Part shown: positions 63,717-64,000 of the stretch, in pieces
How positions within the stretch are numbered: position 1 is the first letter of the stretch
Layout of the letters: each line of letters starts with the position of its first letter
Notes under the pieces: generated by a model
The model's database searches: none
What the model saw: the letters and a program-made list of their open reading frames with translations, nothing else
What the model was told of the DNA's origin: nothing
Made by a program: the position numbers and the translations under genes
Assembly (NCBI GenBank): GCA_963796965.1
Contig: CAWCNS010000007.1
Location: 768,001-832,000 of the forward strand
Length of the DNA: 64,000 nt
Direction: 5' to 3'
Origin: Calditrichia bacterium
Lineage (GTDB): Bacteria; Calditrichota; Calditrichia; JAJRVZ01

Positions 63717-64000
63717 TTACTCTTTCAAATATCTATCTATCGCCTCCGCCGCCTGGCGCCCCTGGAAAATAGCATGTACAACCAGAGAGGCCCCTTTTTT
63801 GGCATCTCCAGCAGAAAAGACACCCGGAACCGATGACATATAATTATCGTCAGTCCTTACATTTCCCATTTGATCGTATTCAATACCCAGATGTGAGAGC
63901 AAACGATTATGCTGAACATGGATAAATCCCATTGCCAGGAAGACCAGATCTACTTGTAATGAAAAGTCAGATTTTACTATTTCAGACATATTAAATTTTC
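63717..64000 (-). CDS. gltD: Glutamate synthase small subunit, 3' end (truncated by window)
   Basis: VDLVFLAMGF, GVFSAGD.KKGASLVVHAIFQGRQAAEAIDRYL. Confidence 0.85.
   Translation of the reverse strand, partial: KFNMSEIVKSDFSLQVDLVFLAMGFIHVQHNRLLSHLGIEYDQMGNVRTDDNYMSSVPGVFSAGDAKKGASLVVHAIFQGRQAAEAIDRYLKE

Overview
AT-rich bacterial chromosome segment, mostly housekeeping. The LpxC-FabZ fusion, GWxTD, DUF2911, DUF6588-like and WD40-Omp85 genes suggest an FCB-group organism such as Calditrichota or Ignavibacteria (inference). Contents: PIG-L deacetylase with a Na+/solute symporter; a lipoprotein-pdxJ-like-GH2-like-smc-GWxTD run; nadK/xseAB/bS22; GH20; MltD; split ADP-heptose genes; rodZ-recJ; RNase P RNA; tRNA-Ile2(CAT); a tamB-bamA-skp-lpxD-lpxC/fabZ-lpxA-dxr-rseP envelope cluster; rfbB; a second Omp85 with peptidase and propeller domains plus BamB-like and PEGA partners; a LysW (alpha-aminoadipate) lysine operon; proC; and the 3' end of gltD. 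About 13 genes are broken by apparent +1 insertions, most likely long-read errors, many of them at AGCT. The strongest lead is the LysW operon, which has no lysK but carries an EgtC/YafJ/Dug3-type Ntn hydrolase that may release lysine from LysW. Other leads are a catalytically degenerate PdxJ paralog, a polytopic GH2-like protein and a 6S-like structured intergenic RNA candidate. No CRISPR, rRNA, transposase or prophage was seen. All family calls come from motif recognition, not database searches.
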